Shown piece by piece: positions 9,455 to 20,296 of a stretch of 64,000 nucleotides of DNA (position 1 is the first letter of the stretch; every line of letters begins with the position of its first letter). The stretch is from Gallionellaceae bacterium (GTDB lineage Bacteria > Pseudomonadota > Gammaproteobacteria > Burkholderiales > Gallionellaceae), in contig DAIDMQ010000037.1 in NCBI GenBank assembly GCA_027448945.1, positions 49,791 to 113,790 of the forward strand. The letters run 5' to 3'. The translations under genes and the position numbers were made by a program. The notes under the pieces are model-generated. The model saw only the letters and a list, made by a program, of their open reading frames with translations. It was not told the origin of the DNA and searched no databases.

Positions 9455-10185
9455 GCCAGCTCAACGAGATACCGCCACAGACGCTGCACTTCTACCTGAC
9501 CGCACCCTATGCGTGCAGTTATCTGCCTGACCTGCAGGCGCGCTCCCAGGTCGCCACGCCCAACCAATTGATTACACCTGACGTCTATTCCGAATTGGTG
9601 CAACACGGCTTTCGTCGCAGTGGTGTTTATACCTATCGGCCCCGTTGCGATGCGTGCCAAGCTTGTGTGCCACTGCGCGTCATGGCGAACGAATTCACCA
9701 TGACGCGCTCACAGCGTCGCACTTGGGCCAAAAACGCGGATATGTCAGTTTCACTGCATGAGCTGGAAGATAAAACGGAATATTTTGAGTTGTATCAGCG
9801 CTATCAGAGCACGCGCCACAAGGATGGCGGCATGGACAACGACGATCACGAGTCCTATCAAAATTTCCTCTTACAAAGTCAGGTCGACACACTACTGGTA
9901 GAATTCCGCGCTCAAGAAAAACTGCTCATGGTCAGTGTTATCGATCTGCTGTCAGACGGCCTTTCGTCGGTTTACACCTTCTTCGATCCGGATCTGCCGC
10001 ATCTTGGACTGGGCGTGTACAACGTGCTGTGGCAGATAGACCTGTGCCGCCAACTGAAACTGGACTATGTATATTTGGGCTACTGGATACATGAGAGCCG
10101 CAAGATGTCCTACAAGACACAATACCAACCTGCGCAAGGACTGATCAACGGGATTTGGCAGCATATAGACAAGGAAATTAAATGA
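9451..10185 (+). CDS. bpt: Arginyl-tRNA-protein transferase family / Asp,Glu leucyltransferase (Bpt)
   Basis: CSYLP, GFRRSG...YRPRCDACQAC, YTFFDP, YLGYWI...MSYK; overlaps the aat stop (ATGA). Confidence 0.9.
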   Translation: MSQLNEIPPQTLHFYLTAPYACSYLPDLQARSQVATPNQLITPDVYSELVQHGFRRSGVYTYRPRCDACQACVPLRVMANEFTMTRSQRRTWAKNADMSVSLHELEDKTEYFELYQRYQSTRHKDGGMDNDDHESYQNFLLQSQVDTLLVEFRAQEKLLMVSVIDLLSDGLSSVYTFFDPDLPHLGLGVYNVLWQIDLCRQLKLDYVYLGYWIHESRKMSYKTQYQPAQGLINGIWQHIDKEIK

Positions 10186-11075
10186 AGACTCGTTTGGGAA
10201 TATTCCTCATCGCCATCTTGGCACTGCCCTACCTGGGCCTGATGCTAGCCGGCATAGAGTGGCATGATTTGAAGATACGCGTACTCCTGGGCGACCCCAA
10301 CATCGTCAATCCGCCCGCAACCTTACTCACCACACTGATGATGGCTGGCTATCTGCTATTCATCAACCACATGAACAAGCTCATCACCGGTCAACAACCT
10401 TTCAAAAATCAAACCAGCTTCCTTCTTTGGGTGGGCGCCGCAGGTGCTGTGATGGTTTGGCTGCTGAGCTATATGAATCTTTATGCCGCCACTTGGGCTA
10501 ACCAACCCGGCAATCCGGTCATGCAAGCCCTGCTTTATACCCCGCTGTTCGCCCTGCTGGTACCCGCAGTGATGTTCACCCGTGCCTTCATCGCCGCACT
10601 GCCCAATGTGCTCAAGATGATGACCACCAACCGGACTTTCACACCGCCGCAAGCCACCGCCTTGTCATATTTTTTTTTCGCACTGGCTGGACTGGGATTG
10701 TTAGGCGGGGCAATTTGGCACACACAACTGATACTGTTGTTTTGGATCGCGCCCTTGCTGCTACTGGCCGGACTCCAGTTGCTGTGGTCAGAGAGCACCA
10801 TCTTCTCCGGCCTGAAGACAGGCGATAACGCCAGACTGATCTGCGCCGGACTGTCCGGCATCATCGCGGGCAACTTCGCCATGTTCGCCTATCGCAGCAA
10901 TGGTGGCCTGCTACTGATCGATTCCCAACTAATACAACAATTCGGCCTATTCCTATTTGGCCTGATGAGTATGCAACTGGTAGACGTGATCACGGAGGGC
11001 TGGCGCGGTAAAAAGCGCAGCGATCTGTACACAAAGAAAAAATTTCCAATACCGATCGTCGTTAAAAACAAATAA
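10182..11075 (+). CDS. Hypothetical multi-pass membrane protein
   Basis: 297-aa ORF with about 8 hydrophobic segments; ATGA-type overlap with the bpt stop. Confidence 0.7.
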   Translation: MKTRLGIFLIAILALPYLGLMLAGIEWHDLKIRVLLGDPNIVNPPATLLTTLMMAGYLLFINHMNKLITGQQPFKNQTSFLLWVGAAGAVMVWLLSYMNLYAATWANQPGNPVMQALLYTPLFALLVPAVMFTRAFIAALPNVLKMMTTNRTFTPPQATALSYFFFALAGLGLLGGAIWHTQLILLFWIAPLLLLAGLQLLWSESTIFSGLKTGDNARLICAGLSGIIAGNFAMFAYRSNGGLLLIDSQLIQQFGLFLFGLMSMQLVDVITEGWRGKKRSDLYTKKKFPIPIVVKNK

Positions 11076-11125
11076 TCCCTATCGTTTTGCACCGTCCTGC
11101 GACAGTGCGACTTTTGAAAGTTGCT

Positions 11126-12142
11126 ATGTACCCCTTACTGCGTCCCGCATTATTCCAACTCAGCCCTGAGACCGCGCATCACCTCACGCTGAGCGTCCTG
11201 AACGCCGCTTATTCATTGGGCTTGAGCGGTTTGCTAAGCAACCGTATTCCTGACCGGCCGCGCACGGTGATGGGGCTGACCTTTCCAAATCCGGTTGGTC
11301 TGGCGGCGGGTCTGGACAAGAACGGCGACTGCATCAACGGCTTGGCGGCATTGGGCTTTGGCAGCATTGAGATCGGCACCATTACGCCGCTGGCGCAGCC
11401 GGGCAACCCGCAGCCGCGTTTGTTTCGTCTGCCTGCCGCGTCCGCCATCATCAATCGCATGGGCTTTAATAATGACGGCGTGGATGCGCTGATCGAGAAC
11501 GTACAGCGCGCCAATTTCAAAGGCATCCTGGGCATTAACATCGGCAAGAACGCCATCACACCTATCGAAAGAGCCGCCGAGGATTATCTGATCTGCCTGC
11601 GCAAGGTATACGCGCATGCCAGCTACATTACCGTCAATATCTCCTCACCCAACACCAAAAACCTGCGTCAACTACAAAACGACGAGGCGTTGGATGCATT
11701 ACTTGGACAGCTCAAAGCTGAGCAGACCAAACTGGCTGACCAGCATGGGCGTTATGTACCCCTCGCACTGAAGATCGCACCAGATATGGAATCCGATCAG
11801 ATCGCGCAAATCGCGCGCTTGTTGATGCAACACCAGATAGACGGTGTGATCGCGACCAACACCACGCTGGCGCGTGATGCGGTCGCACACTTGCCGCATG
11901 GCAACGAGACGGGCGGCTTGAGCGGCGCGCCGGTGCGGGACAAATCCACCGCCGTGATCCGCCAACTCGCCGCCGAATTGCAAGGCGCGCTGCCCATCAT
12001 CGGTGTGGGTGGCATTTTGTGCGGCGCAGACGCGGCAGAGAAAATTCAGGCGGGCGCAAGCCTGGTGCAGATTTACAGCGGTTTGATTTATCGCGGCCCG
12101 GCATTGGTGGGCGAATGCCGCGCAGCACTACAGCAATCTTAA
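11126..12142 (+). CDS. pyrD: Quinone-dependent dihydroorotate dehydrogenase (class 2)
   Basis: [43 protein letters not shown]. Start at [10 protein letters not shown]. Confidence 0.97.
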   Translation: MYPLLRPALFQLSPETAHHLTLSVLNAAYSLGLSGLLSNRIPDRPRTVMGLTFPNPVGLAAGLDKNGDCINGLAALGFGSIEIGTITPLAQPGNPQPRLFRLPAASAIINRMGFNNDGVDALIENVQRANFKGILGINIGKNAITPIERAAEDYLICLRKVYAHASYITVNISSPNTKNLRQLQNDEALDALLGQLKAEQTKLADQHGRYVPLALKIAPDMESDQIAQIARLLMQHQIDGVIATNTTLARDAVAHLPHGNETGGLSGAPVRDKSTAVIRQLAAELQGALPIIGVGGILCGADAAEKIQAGASLVQIYSGLIYRGPALVGECRAALQQS

Positions 12143-12187
12143 TGTCGGGTTAAAACCCGACCCGCGTACCTCTCCTGACTTATCATC

Positions 12188-13477
12188 ATGCTGACATCCG
12201 AACAATCCAAACGCCTCGTCCGCCTGCGCTGGAGTGCTTTCATCGTGGTTGGCTTGGCGTACATCCTGTCGTTTTTCCATCGCTTCGCACCCGCCGCCAT
12301 CGCGAGTGATTTACAACAAACCTTTCACGCGAGCAGTGCCGCGCTAGGCAGTTTGGCGGCGACCTATTTTTACGTGTACACCGTGATGCAGATTCCCACT
12401 GGCGTACTCGCGGACACTTGGGGGCCGCGTCGTTTGGTGACGGCAGGCGGTGTGCTGGCAGGCATAGGCGCGATTTTATTTGGTACTGCCGACACGCTGG
12501 CAGCCGCATCCGCCGGGCGTTTGCTGGTGGGGCTGGGCGTGTCGGTGATGTTCATCTCTATGCTCAAGCTCAACGCCGCTTGGTTCCATGACCGTCAATT
12601 CGCCACCATGACAGGGGTGACGGTGTTGATGGGCAATGTGGGTTCGGTGTTGGCGACCGCGCCGCTGAGTGCAGTGTTGACGGTGATGAGTTGGCGTGTA
12701 GTGTTCACCTACATCGGCATGCTCTCACTTGGATTGGCCGTACTGTCCTGGCTGATGGTGCGCGACAGTCCGGTGCAAGTCGGCCTGCCCAGCCTGCGCG
12801 AACTGGATGGCAAAGCCGCACATCCGCCGCATCATGGTCACTGGTATGACGGACTATTGATTGTGCTCAAAAATCGCGCGACTTGGCCCGGTCTGTGGGT
12901 CAACTTCGGCCTCGCCGGTTCGCTATTTTCCTTTGGCGGCTTGTGGGCAGTGCCTTATCTGCACGATGTCTACGGCATGGATAGCGCACAGGCCACCGCG
13001 CACACCTCCATCCTGATGGGCGGCTTTGCCATAGGCGCATTCTTTATCGGCACCCTGTCTGACCGCTTGGGCTATCGCAAACCTGTGATGATCGCCGCCG
13101 CCACCCTCTATTGTCTGGGTTGGTTACCTTGGCTGTTCGGCCTGCCCATGAGTGACACCATCAGCTATGCCTTGTGCTTCGTAATGGGAATGGGTGCCTC
13201 CGGCTTCACACTTACTTGGTCTTGCGCCAAAGAAGTCAATCGTCACGCGCTTTCAGGCATGGCCACCAGCGTGGTCAACACGGGCGGATTTTTGGGTGCA
13301 GCTATTTTGCAACCACTCGTTGGCTGGGCGATAGACCAGGGTGGGCATGCTGGCGGCCTACGCGGTTTGGCAGATTATCAAGCGGGCATCTCCTTGCTGT
13401 TCGGTTTTGCCTTGGTAGGCTGGATAGCGGTACTGTTCATACGCGAGACGCATTGCCGTTATATACATAGCGACTGA
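12188..13477 (+). CDS. MFS transporter
   Basis: 12 hydrophobic segments; GVLADTWGPRR and GTLSDRLGYRK motif A copies. Confidence 0.9.
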   Translation: MLTSEQSKRLVRLRWSAFIVVGLAYILSFFHRFAPAAIASDLQQTFHASSAALGSLAATYFYVYTVMQIPTGVLADTWGPRRLVTAGGVLAGIGAILFGTADTLAAASAGRLLVGLGVSVMFISMLKLNAAWFHDRQFATMTGVTVLMGNVGSVLATAPLSAVLTVMSWRVVFTYIGMLSLGLAVLSWLMVRDSPVQVGLPSLRELDGKAAHPPHHGHWYDGLLIVLKNRATWPGLWVNFGLAGSLFSFGGLWAVPYLHDVYGMDSAQATAHTSILMGGFAIGAFFIGTLSDRLGYRKPVMIAAATLYCLGWLPWLFGLPMSDTISYALCFVMGMGASGFTLTWSCAKEVNRHALSGMATSVVNTGGFLGAAILQPLVGWAIDQGGHAGGLRGLADYQAGISLLFGFALVGWIAVLFIRETHCRYIHSD

Positions 13478-13548
13478 ACTGTTTGAGCATTGTTTACACG
13501 CATCGACAGCCAAACATCTGTTGCTGAAACACAGAAGGGACATAAGAC

Positions 13549-14376
13549 ATGGAAACACCATCAGGTTTCGAAGGAATGATCTCCGCAATGGAGAACAACC
13601 AACTGGAACTACCGACCATGCCGGATTGGGCGATCAAACTGCAAGCCATGTTGGACGATATCGATGTATCCGCAAGTAAGATTGTCGATGCCATCTCGGG
13701 CGACCCAGTATTTACCGTGCAACTCATCAAGACTGCGAATAGTGCGCTCTATGCCGGCAAACCCAAGGTCAACACGGTACTGGCTGCGGTTTCCAGAGTC
13801 GGCTACAGAACACTGCGCGGCATGATCATGAAACTGACGATCTCACGTCTTTCCCTTGCAAATCAAACTGCGGTTCGCAAGCAACTGGATGATTTCATCG
13901 CCAGCAGCCGCAGGGTCGCAGCAATCAGCTATGTGTTGGCGGGGGGTGTCAAAGGTCTTTATGCCGATCAGGGTCTGCTCGCCGGACTGGTGCACGATAT
14001 CGGCATATTGCCTATCTGTATCTACGCGGACAAAAACATCCCCGATGTGGATGAGCGCTCATGTATTGAGATGGCCCACAAGTATCGCGGACTATTCGGC
14101 CAAATGCTGCTCGCGTCCTGGTCATTTCCAGAAAGTTTGATCGCGATACCGATGGCGTACAGGGACTTACAGCGCGAAATCAAAGATGAAAAAGCAAGCT
14201 ATATCGATATCGTAACGGTCGCGCATCTACTCGCCACCCCTTCTACAATACCCGTTGATTGGTCGCAGATCGCTGCAATTTCCCGATTGGGCTTGAGCGA
14301 ACAAAACTGTGCAGAATTCTTTGCGCATCATGACGATGAAGTACAGACCGCCTTGGTCACCTTCTTTGGCAGCTGA
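13549..14376 (+). CDS. HDOD-domain protein
   Basis: LPTMP, DPVFTVQLIKTANSALY, GLVHDIG, W.FP..L motifs. Confidence 0.85.
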   Translation: METPSGFEGMISAMENNQLELPTMPDWAIKLQAMLDDIDVSASKIVDAISGDPVFTVQLIKTANSALYAGKPKVNTVLAAVSRVGYRTLRGMIMKLTISRLSLANQTAVRKQLDDFIASSRRVAAISYVLAGGVKGLYADQGLLAGLVHDIGILPICIYADKNIPDVDERSCIEMAHKYRGLFGQMLLASWSFPESLIAIPMAYRDLQREIKDEKASYIDIVTVAHLLATPSTIPVDWSQIAAISRLGLSEQNCAEFFAHHDDEVQTALVTFFGS

Positions 14377-14458
14377 CCGGGAGTCCCTACGATCATCACA
14401 CCATTGCCTCGCCCAAATTTCAGGCGTAGAGTGCCGCACCATTTTTCGCTGAACTTAC

Positions 14459-16330
14459 ATGAGCCACGCTGAAACCAAACCCAGACTGCCTACCCTGATA
14501 TTGGGGGCGATAGGTGTGGTCTTCGGTGATATCGGCACCAGCCCTTTGTACGCGCTCAAAGAAACTTTTGCGGGCGCGCATCATTTAGATGTCTCGACCG
14601 GCAACATACTCGGCGTCATGTCGTTGATGTTCTGGACCATCATGTTATTGATTTCGGTGAAGTATGTACTCATCGTGATGCGTGCCGATAACCGGGGGGA
14701 GGGAGGCGCGCTGGCATTACTCGCACTGGTAGGCAATCTCACCAAGACGCGCCCCAAGACCCGATGGTTCATCACCTCGCTGGGCATCATCGCTGCGGCA
14801 TTATTTTACGGTGACAGCATGATCACACCCGCCATCTCTGTGTTGTCTGCCGTGGAGGGACTGGAAGTTATCGCGCCCAACCTGGAAAGTCTTGTCATTC
14901 CCACCACGCTATTGGTCATCACCGTGTTGTTCTGGGTGCAAAAACGCGGCACCAATGTGGTCGGCATGGCGTTTGGCCCCATCATGATTGTGTGGTTCTG
15001 CTGTCTCGCCGCTTTCGGCCTTGCCGCCATCTTGGAGAACCCTGCGGTTTTGTGGGCTTTAAACCCCGGTTATGCCTACCATTTTGTCACTTCAACTCCC
15101 GCTGTGGCGTTCTTGGCTATGGGAGGCATCGTGCTTGCCGTAACCGGTGGCGAGGCCTTGTACGCCGACATGGGGCACTTCGGCAGATCGCCCATACGCT
15201 TGGGTTGGTTCGGCTTTGTGATGCCCGCCCTGATACTGAATTATTTTGGCCAGGCCGCTTTACTGATGAACGATGCCAGTGCCATAGAGAGCCCATTTTA
15301 TTTACTCGCCCCCACTTGGGCGCTCGTCCCGCTGGTGGTACTGGCGACCGCCGCGACGGTGATCGCGTCACAAGCCGTTATCTCGGGCGCATTCACCGTC
15401 GCCCATCAATCCATACAAATGGGCATGTTGCCGCGCATGCCCATCATCCAGACTTCCGGCTCGGTACGCGGACAGATTTATGTCCCCGTCACCAATTGGT
15501 CTTTGTATATCGCCGTGGTCTATCTGGTATTTACTTTCCAGAGTTCCAGCAATCTGGCTGCCGCTTACGGTATCGCCGTCACCGGCACCATGGCGATCAC
15601 AACCATACTGATAGGCTATGTGATGATGCTGGGATGGCGCTGGCCCTGGTATAAAGCACTGCCCCTGATCGCCGTGTTCCTGACTGTCGACCTTGCTTAT
15701 TTCGCTGCCAATGCAATCAAAATCATGCAGGGTGGCTGGTTCCCATTGGGGATTGCTATCTTGTCATTCACGGTTCTCACGACCTGGCGGCGGGGACGAG
15801 AACTTTTGATTGCCCAAGTCAAAAAACTCAGCATTCCCATAGACGTCATCATAGACGGGACGATCACCACCCCCAGAGTGAGTGGAACGGCCGTGTTCCT
15901 GGTCAGCGAGATAGAAGGCGCCCCCTCTTCTCTGATGCACAATCTGAAGCACAATCAGGTGCTGCATGAACGCAATATCCTGCTCACGATTATCGTCGAG
16001 GACAAACCTTATGTGACGCGCGACAACCGTCTGCTGGTGAAAGCGTTAGGACATGGCTTCTATCGGGTTAAATTGTTTTACGGCTTCATGCAAACACCGG
16101 ATATTCCCTTGGCATTGGAGCTGTGCGGGAAGGACGGCCTGCCCTTCGACATGATGAGCACTTCCTTCTTTATTTCGCGCGCCATGATCGTGATCGGCAA
16201 CAAAACCGGCATGGCCAGATGGCGTGGCAAGCTCTTCCTGGCCTTGTCCAAGAACGCTATGAATGCGGCCGACTTCTTCAAAATTCCCGCCAACCGGGTC
16301 ATAGAGATGGGTACACGCATCGAAATTTAA
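14459..16330 (+). CDS. kup: KUP/HAK/KT potassium transporter
   Basis: [48 protein letters not shown]. Confidence 0.96.
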   Translation: MSHAETKPRLPTLILGAIGVVFGDIGTSPLYALKETFAGAHHLDVSTGNILGVMSLMFWTIMLLISVKYVLIVMRADNRGEGGALALLALVGNLTKTRPKTRWFITSLGIIAAALFYGDSMITPAISVLSAVEGLEVIAPNLESLVIPTTLLVITVLFWVQKRGTNVVGMAFGPIMIVWFCCLAAFGLAAILENPAVLWALNPGYAYHFVTSTPAVAFLAMGGIVLAVTGGEALYADMGHFGRSPIRLGWFGFVMPALILNYFGQAALLMNDASAIESPFYLLAPTWALVPLVVLATAATVIASQAVISGAFTVAHQSIQMGMLPRMPIIQTSGSVRGQIYVPVTNWSLYIAVVYLVFTFQSSSNLAAAYGIAVTGTMAITTILIGYVMMLGWRWPWYKALPLIAVFLTVDLAYFAANAIKIMQGGWFPLGIAILSFTVLTTWRRGRELLIAQVKKLSIPIDVIIDGTITTPRVSGTAVFLVSEIEGAPSSLMHNLKHNQVLHERNILLTIIVEDKPYVTRDNRLLVKALGHGFYRVKLFYGFMQTPDIPLALELCGKDGLPFDMMSTSFFISRAMIVIGNKTGMARWRGKLFLALSKNAMNAADFFKIPANRVIEMGTRIEI

Positions 16331-16370
16331 GCGCGCTTGGACTCATACCCACAAAATAAATACGCTTAGC

Positions 16371-16400
16371 TTGACATTTAGTTCTAGCTAGAACTAAACT
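16371..16400 (+). promoter_or_regulatory. Sigma70-type promoter for the marR-cytochrome b561-yceI operon
   Basis: TTGACA at 16371-16376 and TAAACT at 16395-16400 (18-bp spacer), 32 bp before the marR ATG. Confidence 0.65.
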
Positions 16401-16420
16401 TGGTTCTAATTAGAACCAAG
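16377..16420. promoter_or_regulatory. Two abutting perfect 22-bp palindromes, probable MarR operators
   Basis: TTTAGTTCTAGCTAGAACTAAA (16377-16398) and CTTGGTTCTAATTAGAACCAAG (16399-16420); shared core GTTCTAnnTAGAAC. Confidence 0.85.
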
Positions 16421-16431
16421 CAAACACCATC

Positions 16432-16878
16432 ATGCTGAACAACAAATTTTTGCCCCTATTGCGCGAGCTGGCCGACACCTACCAGACTTTTCAAAGTTAT
16501 TCAGCGGCACACATCCGCACCCTGGACCTGACACCGGCGCAATTCGACATCGTTGTCACGCTGGGCAATACCATAGGTATGTCGCCCAAAGAGCTGGGCG
16601 AGAAAACACTGATCACCAAAGGCACGCTCACCGGCGTCATAGACAGGCTGTGCGACAAAGGCCTGGTGACTCGCACCGCCTCCAGCAGTGACGGTCGCTG
16701 CCAGCTGATCAAACTTACCAAGCTGGGCGACACGCTATTCAACCGCATTTTTCCGGAACATCTGCAACACCTGCAGCCCGTGTTCGCCCAACTCAAACGC
16801 AGCGAGATCGATACGCTCACTTTGCAACTGGGTCATCTGCGTGTGGCTTTCAGTAGCGCCAAATCTGCTCTGGAGTAA
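16432..16878 (+). CDS. MarR-family transcriptional regulator
   Basis: LTPAQFDIVVTL, GTLTGVIDRL..KGLV.R..SSSDGR winged-helix signature. Confidence 0.92.
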   Translation: MLNNKFLPLLRELADTYQTFQSYSAAHIRTLDLTPAQFDIVVTLGNTIGMSPKELGEKTLITKGTLTGVIDRLCDKGLVTRTASSSDGRCQLIKLTKLGDTLFNRIFPEHLQHLQPVFAQLKRSEIDTLTLQLGHLRVAFSSAKSALE

Positions 16879-16883
16879 ATGTC

Positions 16884-17429
16884 GTGAACACTGCCTATAC
16901 CAAGATCGCTATCACTTTGCACTGGCTGGTCGCCTTGCTGATATTCAGCGCCTTTCCGCTCGGCCTGTATATGTCCGACCTCAAGTTTTCACCGCTTAAA
17001 TTGCAGCTATACAGCTATCACAAATGGATAGGCGTAACGATATTCCTGCTGTTCATCGCAAGACTGTTATGGCGCATCACGAACAAACCGCCCGAGCTGC
17101 CCGAAAGCATAGTTGCGTGGCAACGCCGTGCAGCCCATGCGGTGCATCACTTGCTCTATACCCTGCTGTTCCTCATCCCCGTCACCGGCTGGCTGATGAG
17201 TTCAGCCAAGGGCGTGCCCGTGATGTATCTGGGTCTGGTACAGTTACCCGACCTGCTAGGCAAGGACAAAGCACTGGGCAATCTACTGGAAACCACCCAC
17301 AGCGTGCTCAACTATCTGCTGCTGGCCTTGGTAATAATGCATATCGCCGCCGCGCTGAAACACCACTTAATTGAAAAAGATGAGACGCTGACACGCATGA
17401 TGCCCTGGCTGAAAAAGAAAACCCTATGA
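16884..17429 (+). CDS. Cytochrome b561 (YceJ/CybB family)
   Basis: LHWLVA, HKWIG, AVHHLLY, HSVLNY...HIAAALKHH heme-ligand histidines across 4 TM helices. Confidence 0.92.
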   Translation: MNTAYTKIAITLHWLVALLIFSAFPLGLYMSDLKFSPLKLQLYSYHKWIGVTIFLLFIARLLWRITNKPPELPESIVAWQRRAAHAVHHLLYTLLFLIPVTGWLMSSAKGVPVMYLGLVQLPDLLGKDKALGNLLETTHSVLNYLLLALVIMHIAAALKHHLIEKDETLTRMMPWLKKKTL

Positions 17430-17986
17430 AACTAATCACACCATCCCTGCTATTACTCACTTTGGTTATCTGCTCCGCCAACGCGGCGGAATTTTCCAAA
17501 GTACAGACTGCACAAAGCAGGGTCTCTTTTGATTACAAGCAAATGAGCGTCCCCCTGAGCGGATCATTCGCCAAGTTCGCAATACAAGCACGCTTTGATC
17601 CTGCAAAATTGTCCGCATCACAAGCCAAAATTGACATCGACATCGCCAGCATAGACACAGGCAACAGTGATGCCGATGACGAGGTAAATGACAAACTTTG
17701 GTTCGATACCAAAAATTTTCCGACTGCCGGTTTTGTGGCAAGCAGCTTCAAGGCTTTGGGCGGTGATAAATATCAGGCGCAAGGCAAGCTATCGCTGAAG
17801 GGCAAGATCGTAGACATCACCGCACCGTTCACCTTTAAACAAAACGGGGATCTAGGTGTATTCGACGGTAGTTTGAACATTAACCGATTGGATTACGGCA
17901 TCGGGACGGGAATCTGGGCCGATGTCGCCACAGTTGCAAATGAAGTCAGCATCAAGTTCCACTTTGTAGCAAGCAGCAAAAAGTAA
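17426..17986 (+). CDS. YceI-family (polyisoprenoid-binding) periplasmic protein
   Basis: Signal peptide; SIDTGN..D, FPTA.F, LSLKG, INRLDYGIG. Confidence 0.9.
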   Translation: MKLITPSLLLLTLVICSANAAEFSKVQTAQSRVSFDYKQMSVPLSGSFAKFAIQARFDPAKLSASQAKIDIDIASIDTGNSDADDEVNDKLWFDTKNFPTAGFVASSFKALGGDKYQAQGKLSLKGKIVDITAPFTFKQNGDLGVFDGSLNINRLDYGIGTGIWADVATVANEVSIKFHFVASSKK

Positions 17987-18100
17987 AGAACCGAACTCCA
18001 TCGCGATGCAGTGTTGCCGGTGGAATTCCGCATTTCATACGCAACTTGCCCAGCTTGGAATTTTGAATTTTTCAATTTACACACAACCAGGAGAATCACC

Positions 18101-18667
18101 ATGAAGAAACTTGTAGCCATCGCTGTTGCAACCGCATTGTCTTCCGCTGCTTATGCCGCACCCGAAACCTTCAGCCTCGAACCCAACCACACCCTGCCCC
18201 GTTTCGAATACAACCATCTGGGTTATTCGCAACAACTGAGCCGTTTCGACCGTACTACCGGCAAGATCGTGCTGGATCGTACCGCCAAGACCGGCTCTGC
18301 CGACATCACCATAGATACAACTTCGGTGAACACAGGTTCAACACTGTTCAATGGTCACATCCAAGGCGAAGGCCTGCTGGATACGGCCAAGTTTCCAAAC
18401 ATCACTTTCAAGTCCAATGACTTCAAATTTGACGGCGACAAGCTGGTCGCAGTGAACGGTGACCTGACCATCAAAGGCATCACCAAACCCGTCACCCTTA
18501 CTGTCGAGTCATTCCAGTGCATGCCCCACCCCATGCTGAAGAAAGAAGCCTGCGGTGTCACAGCGACCACGACCATCAAGCGCACCGAGTTCAATGCGGG
18601 TAAATATGCACCGTATGTGGGTGACGATGTAAAGATCACCCTGCCGGTCGAAGCCATCAAAGACTGA
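18101..18667 (+). CDS. YceI-family periplasmic protein (second paralogue)
   Basis: AGGAG Shine-Dalgarno before MKKLVAIA; H..PRF...HLG, FPNITFKS, GDLTIKGITKPV, RTEFN. Confidence 0.92.
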   Translation: MKKLVAIAVATALSSAAYAAPETFSLEPNHTLPRFEYNHLGYSQQLSRFDRTTGKIVLDRTAKTGSADITIDTTSVNTGSTLFNGHIQGEGLLDTAKFPNITFKSNDFKFDGDKLVAVNGDLTIKGITKPVTLTVESFQCMPHPMLKKEACGVTATTTIKRTEFNAGKYAPYVGDDVKITLPVEAIKD

Positions 18668-18686
18668 TTGCAGCAAGCCTTAAACG

Positions 18687-18722
18687 AAACGGCCTCTCCA
18701 TTCCCGGAGAGGCCGTTTTATT
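18687..18722 (+). terminator. Rho-independent terminator
   Basis: AAACGGCCTCTCC-attccc-GGAGAGGCCGTTT 13-bp stem followed by TATT. Confidence 0.85.
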
Positions 18723-19011
18723 GTGCACGTCGGCATAAATTAACTTACGCACTTAGTCACCGATAATTCTCCATGCGCACTTAAACAATCTTGGGTGCAC
18801 CTTTATCGACCTGTTCGCACTCAGGCAGGAATCGGAGCGGCTAAATTCTAGTGCGACTCTTTCCAACGTGTCAGATTTTGCTCGCGGCGACAGCTTCCGC
18901 ATTAGCATAAACTCCCGGCTGCAAAACAAGGCTCATGCCGAATGTCGATACCCTTTACGCCTAATCTTCTCCCGGCCTATTAACCATACTGCGGCTAACC
19001 ACCACTGCTCT

Positions 19012-20172
19012 TTAGTGCTCCCGCCCATCAATACGCGGCGCAAACAAATACGGGATATATCTCCATCCCAACAGACTGAAGCAGATCAACCAGCATATTG
19101 CCGAGGAAAAAATCCATTGCGCATATTGCCCGGGATAGTACTGCGGCAACACGATACGCGCCAAAAATCCCGCCAGCATGATGTACAGCGCAAATTTATC
19201 CAGGCTGTCAAACGCCACCTTGCGACCCGTATGCCCCTGCGATATGCGTATCAACATGGCCGGAATGATCAGCCCCATCGTGCCAAAAGTGAACACATGG
19301 ACAGATACCGCGCCGACCCATTGCGGATGGGCGACTTGATTAAAAAAGTGAATTAGCAATTGCGCGACGATGGCGAGGTAGCCAAGATACATGATGCCAA
19401 TATCGATACGCCGTAGTGCGAGTTGCGGCTTCCAGAACGCAAGTCGTCCCAGCAACAAACCCGCCAACAGCAACGCGAGAATCCCGGACCACAAAGACGG
19501 CAGAAAGCTTTCGAAAACCATCGCCAAACCCAGCAACTTTATTGTTTTGTCCAGCGTTGCATTGCGCAATATGGAAACTTGAAATGCACCCTTCATAAAG
19601 GGGGTAAGTGTCCGTTCCAACATCACCAGGAAGGCCACGCGAAAAAGTCCCATTGCCATGCTCCATCCAATCGGAAAGTATTCAGAACTTAGCATCAGTT
19701 GTTTTGCGAACAGGAACGCGGGGAGGATCAGGAGAAAAAAATAATTGTCGCGGTAGGTATCATCTTTTCTACGGCTGATGAGCGTCCACAGCAACATGAC
19801 TACGATAGAAACCAAGAAAAGATTATTGGAAAGGCGAAACAGCAGTATTGGCCAACTCCCCGCGAACCACATGCCGACGCGCTCAAACAACCAAGCTGCG
19901 ACGAGAAAAAACAATGCCGCACCGTGATAGCCGCGAGCATGCACCCAGTTCTTTGTTGAAGTCAGCAAGAAGCCGCCAATGACCGCCCAAGCAAAGCCGA
20001 AGAACATCTCGTGAGCGTGCCATTGTGTGCCCGAGAATGGCAGCGATGGCCCGGATAGATTTCCGTTGTACATTAACGCCCAAACGACAGGCAAACTCAG
20101 CCCCGACAGGCAAGCCAAACTGAAGAAAGGTCGAAAACCTACCGACCATACCGGACGCGTCAGAAATTTCAT
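19012..20172 (-). CDS. nnrS: NnrS-family membrane protein (NO response)
   Basis: GFRPFF, WHAHEMFFGF, GFLLT, HVFTFG...MLIRISQGHTGR. Confidence 0.9.
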   Translation of the reverse strand: MKFLTRPVWSVGFRPFFSLACLSGLSLPVVWALMYNGNLSGPSLPFSGTQWHAHEMFFGFAWAVIGGFLLTSTKNWVHARGYHGAALFFLVAAWLFERVGMWFAGSWPILLFRLSNNLFLVSIVVMLLWTLISRRKDDTYRDNYFFLLILPAFLFAKQLMLSSEYFPIGWSMAMGLFRVAFLVMLERTLTPFMKGAFQVSILRNATLDKTIKLLGLAMVFESFLPSLWSGILALLLAGLLLGRLAFWKPQLALRRIDIGIMYLGYLAIVAQLLIHFFNQVAHPQWVGAVSVHVFTFGTMGLIIPAMLIRISQGHTGRKVAFDSLDKFALYIMLAGFLARIVLPQYYPGQYAQWIFSSAICWLICFSLLGWRYIPYLFAPRIDGREH

Positions 20173-20296
20173 CTAATACCCAAATTTACAGAATTTACTT
20201 GGAACCCGGCGTTTGTCATTTGGAAATCCGCCCACCCCTTTATGCACACAGGGCGAGCGAGCTTCCAACCTAACTTAACGCAATCCATCGACAATA

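Noticed and set aside
18720-19010. Intergenic stretch between the yceI terminator and nnrS, including ORF 18868..19356
   Set aside because: The ORF is mostly antisense to nnrS, and the other frames are short and motif-free. No supportable feature.
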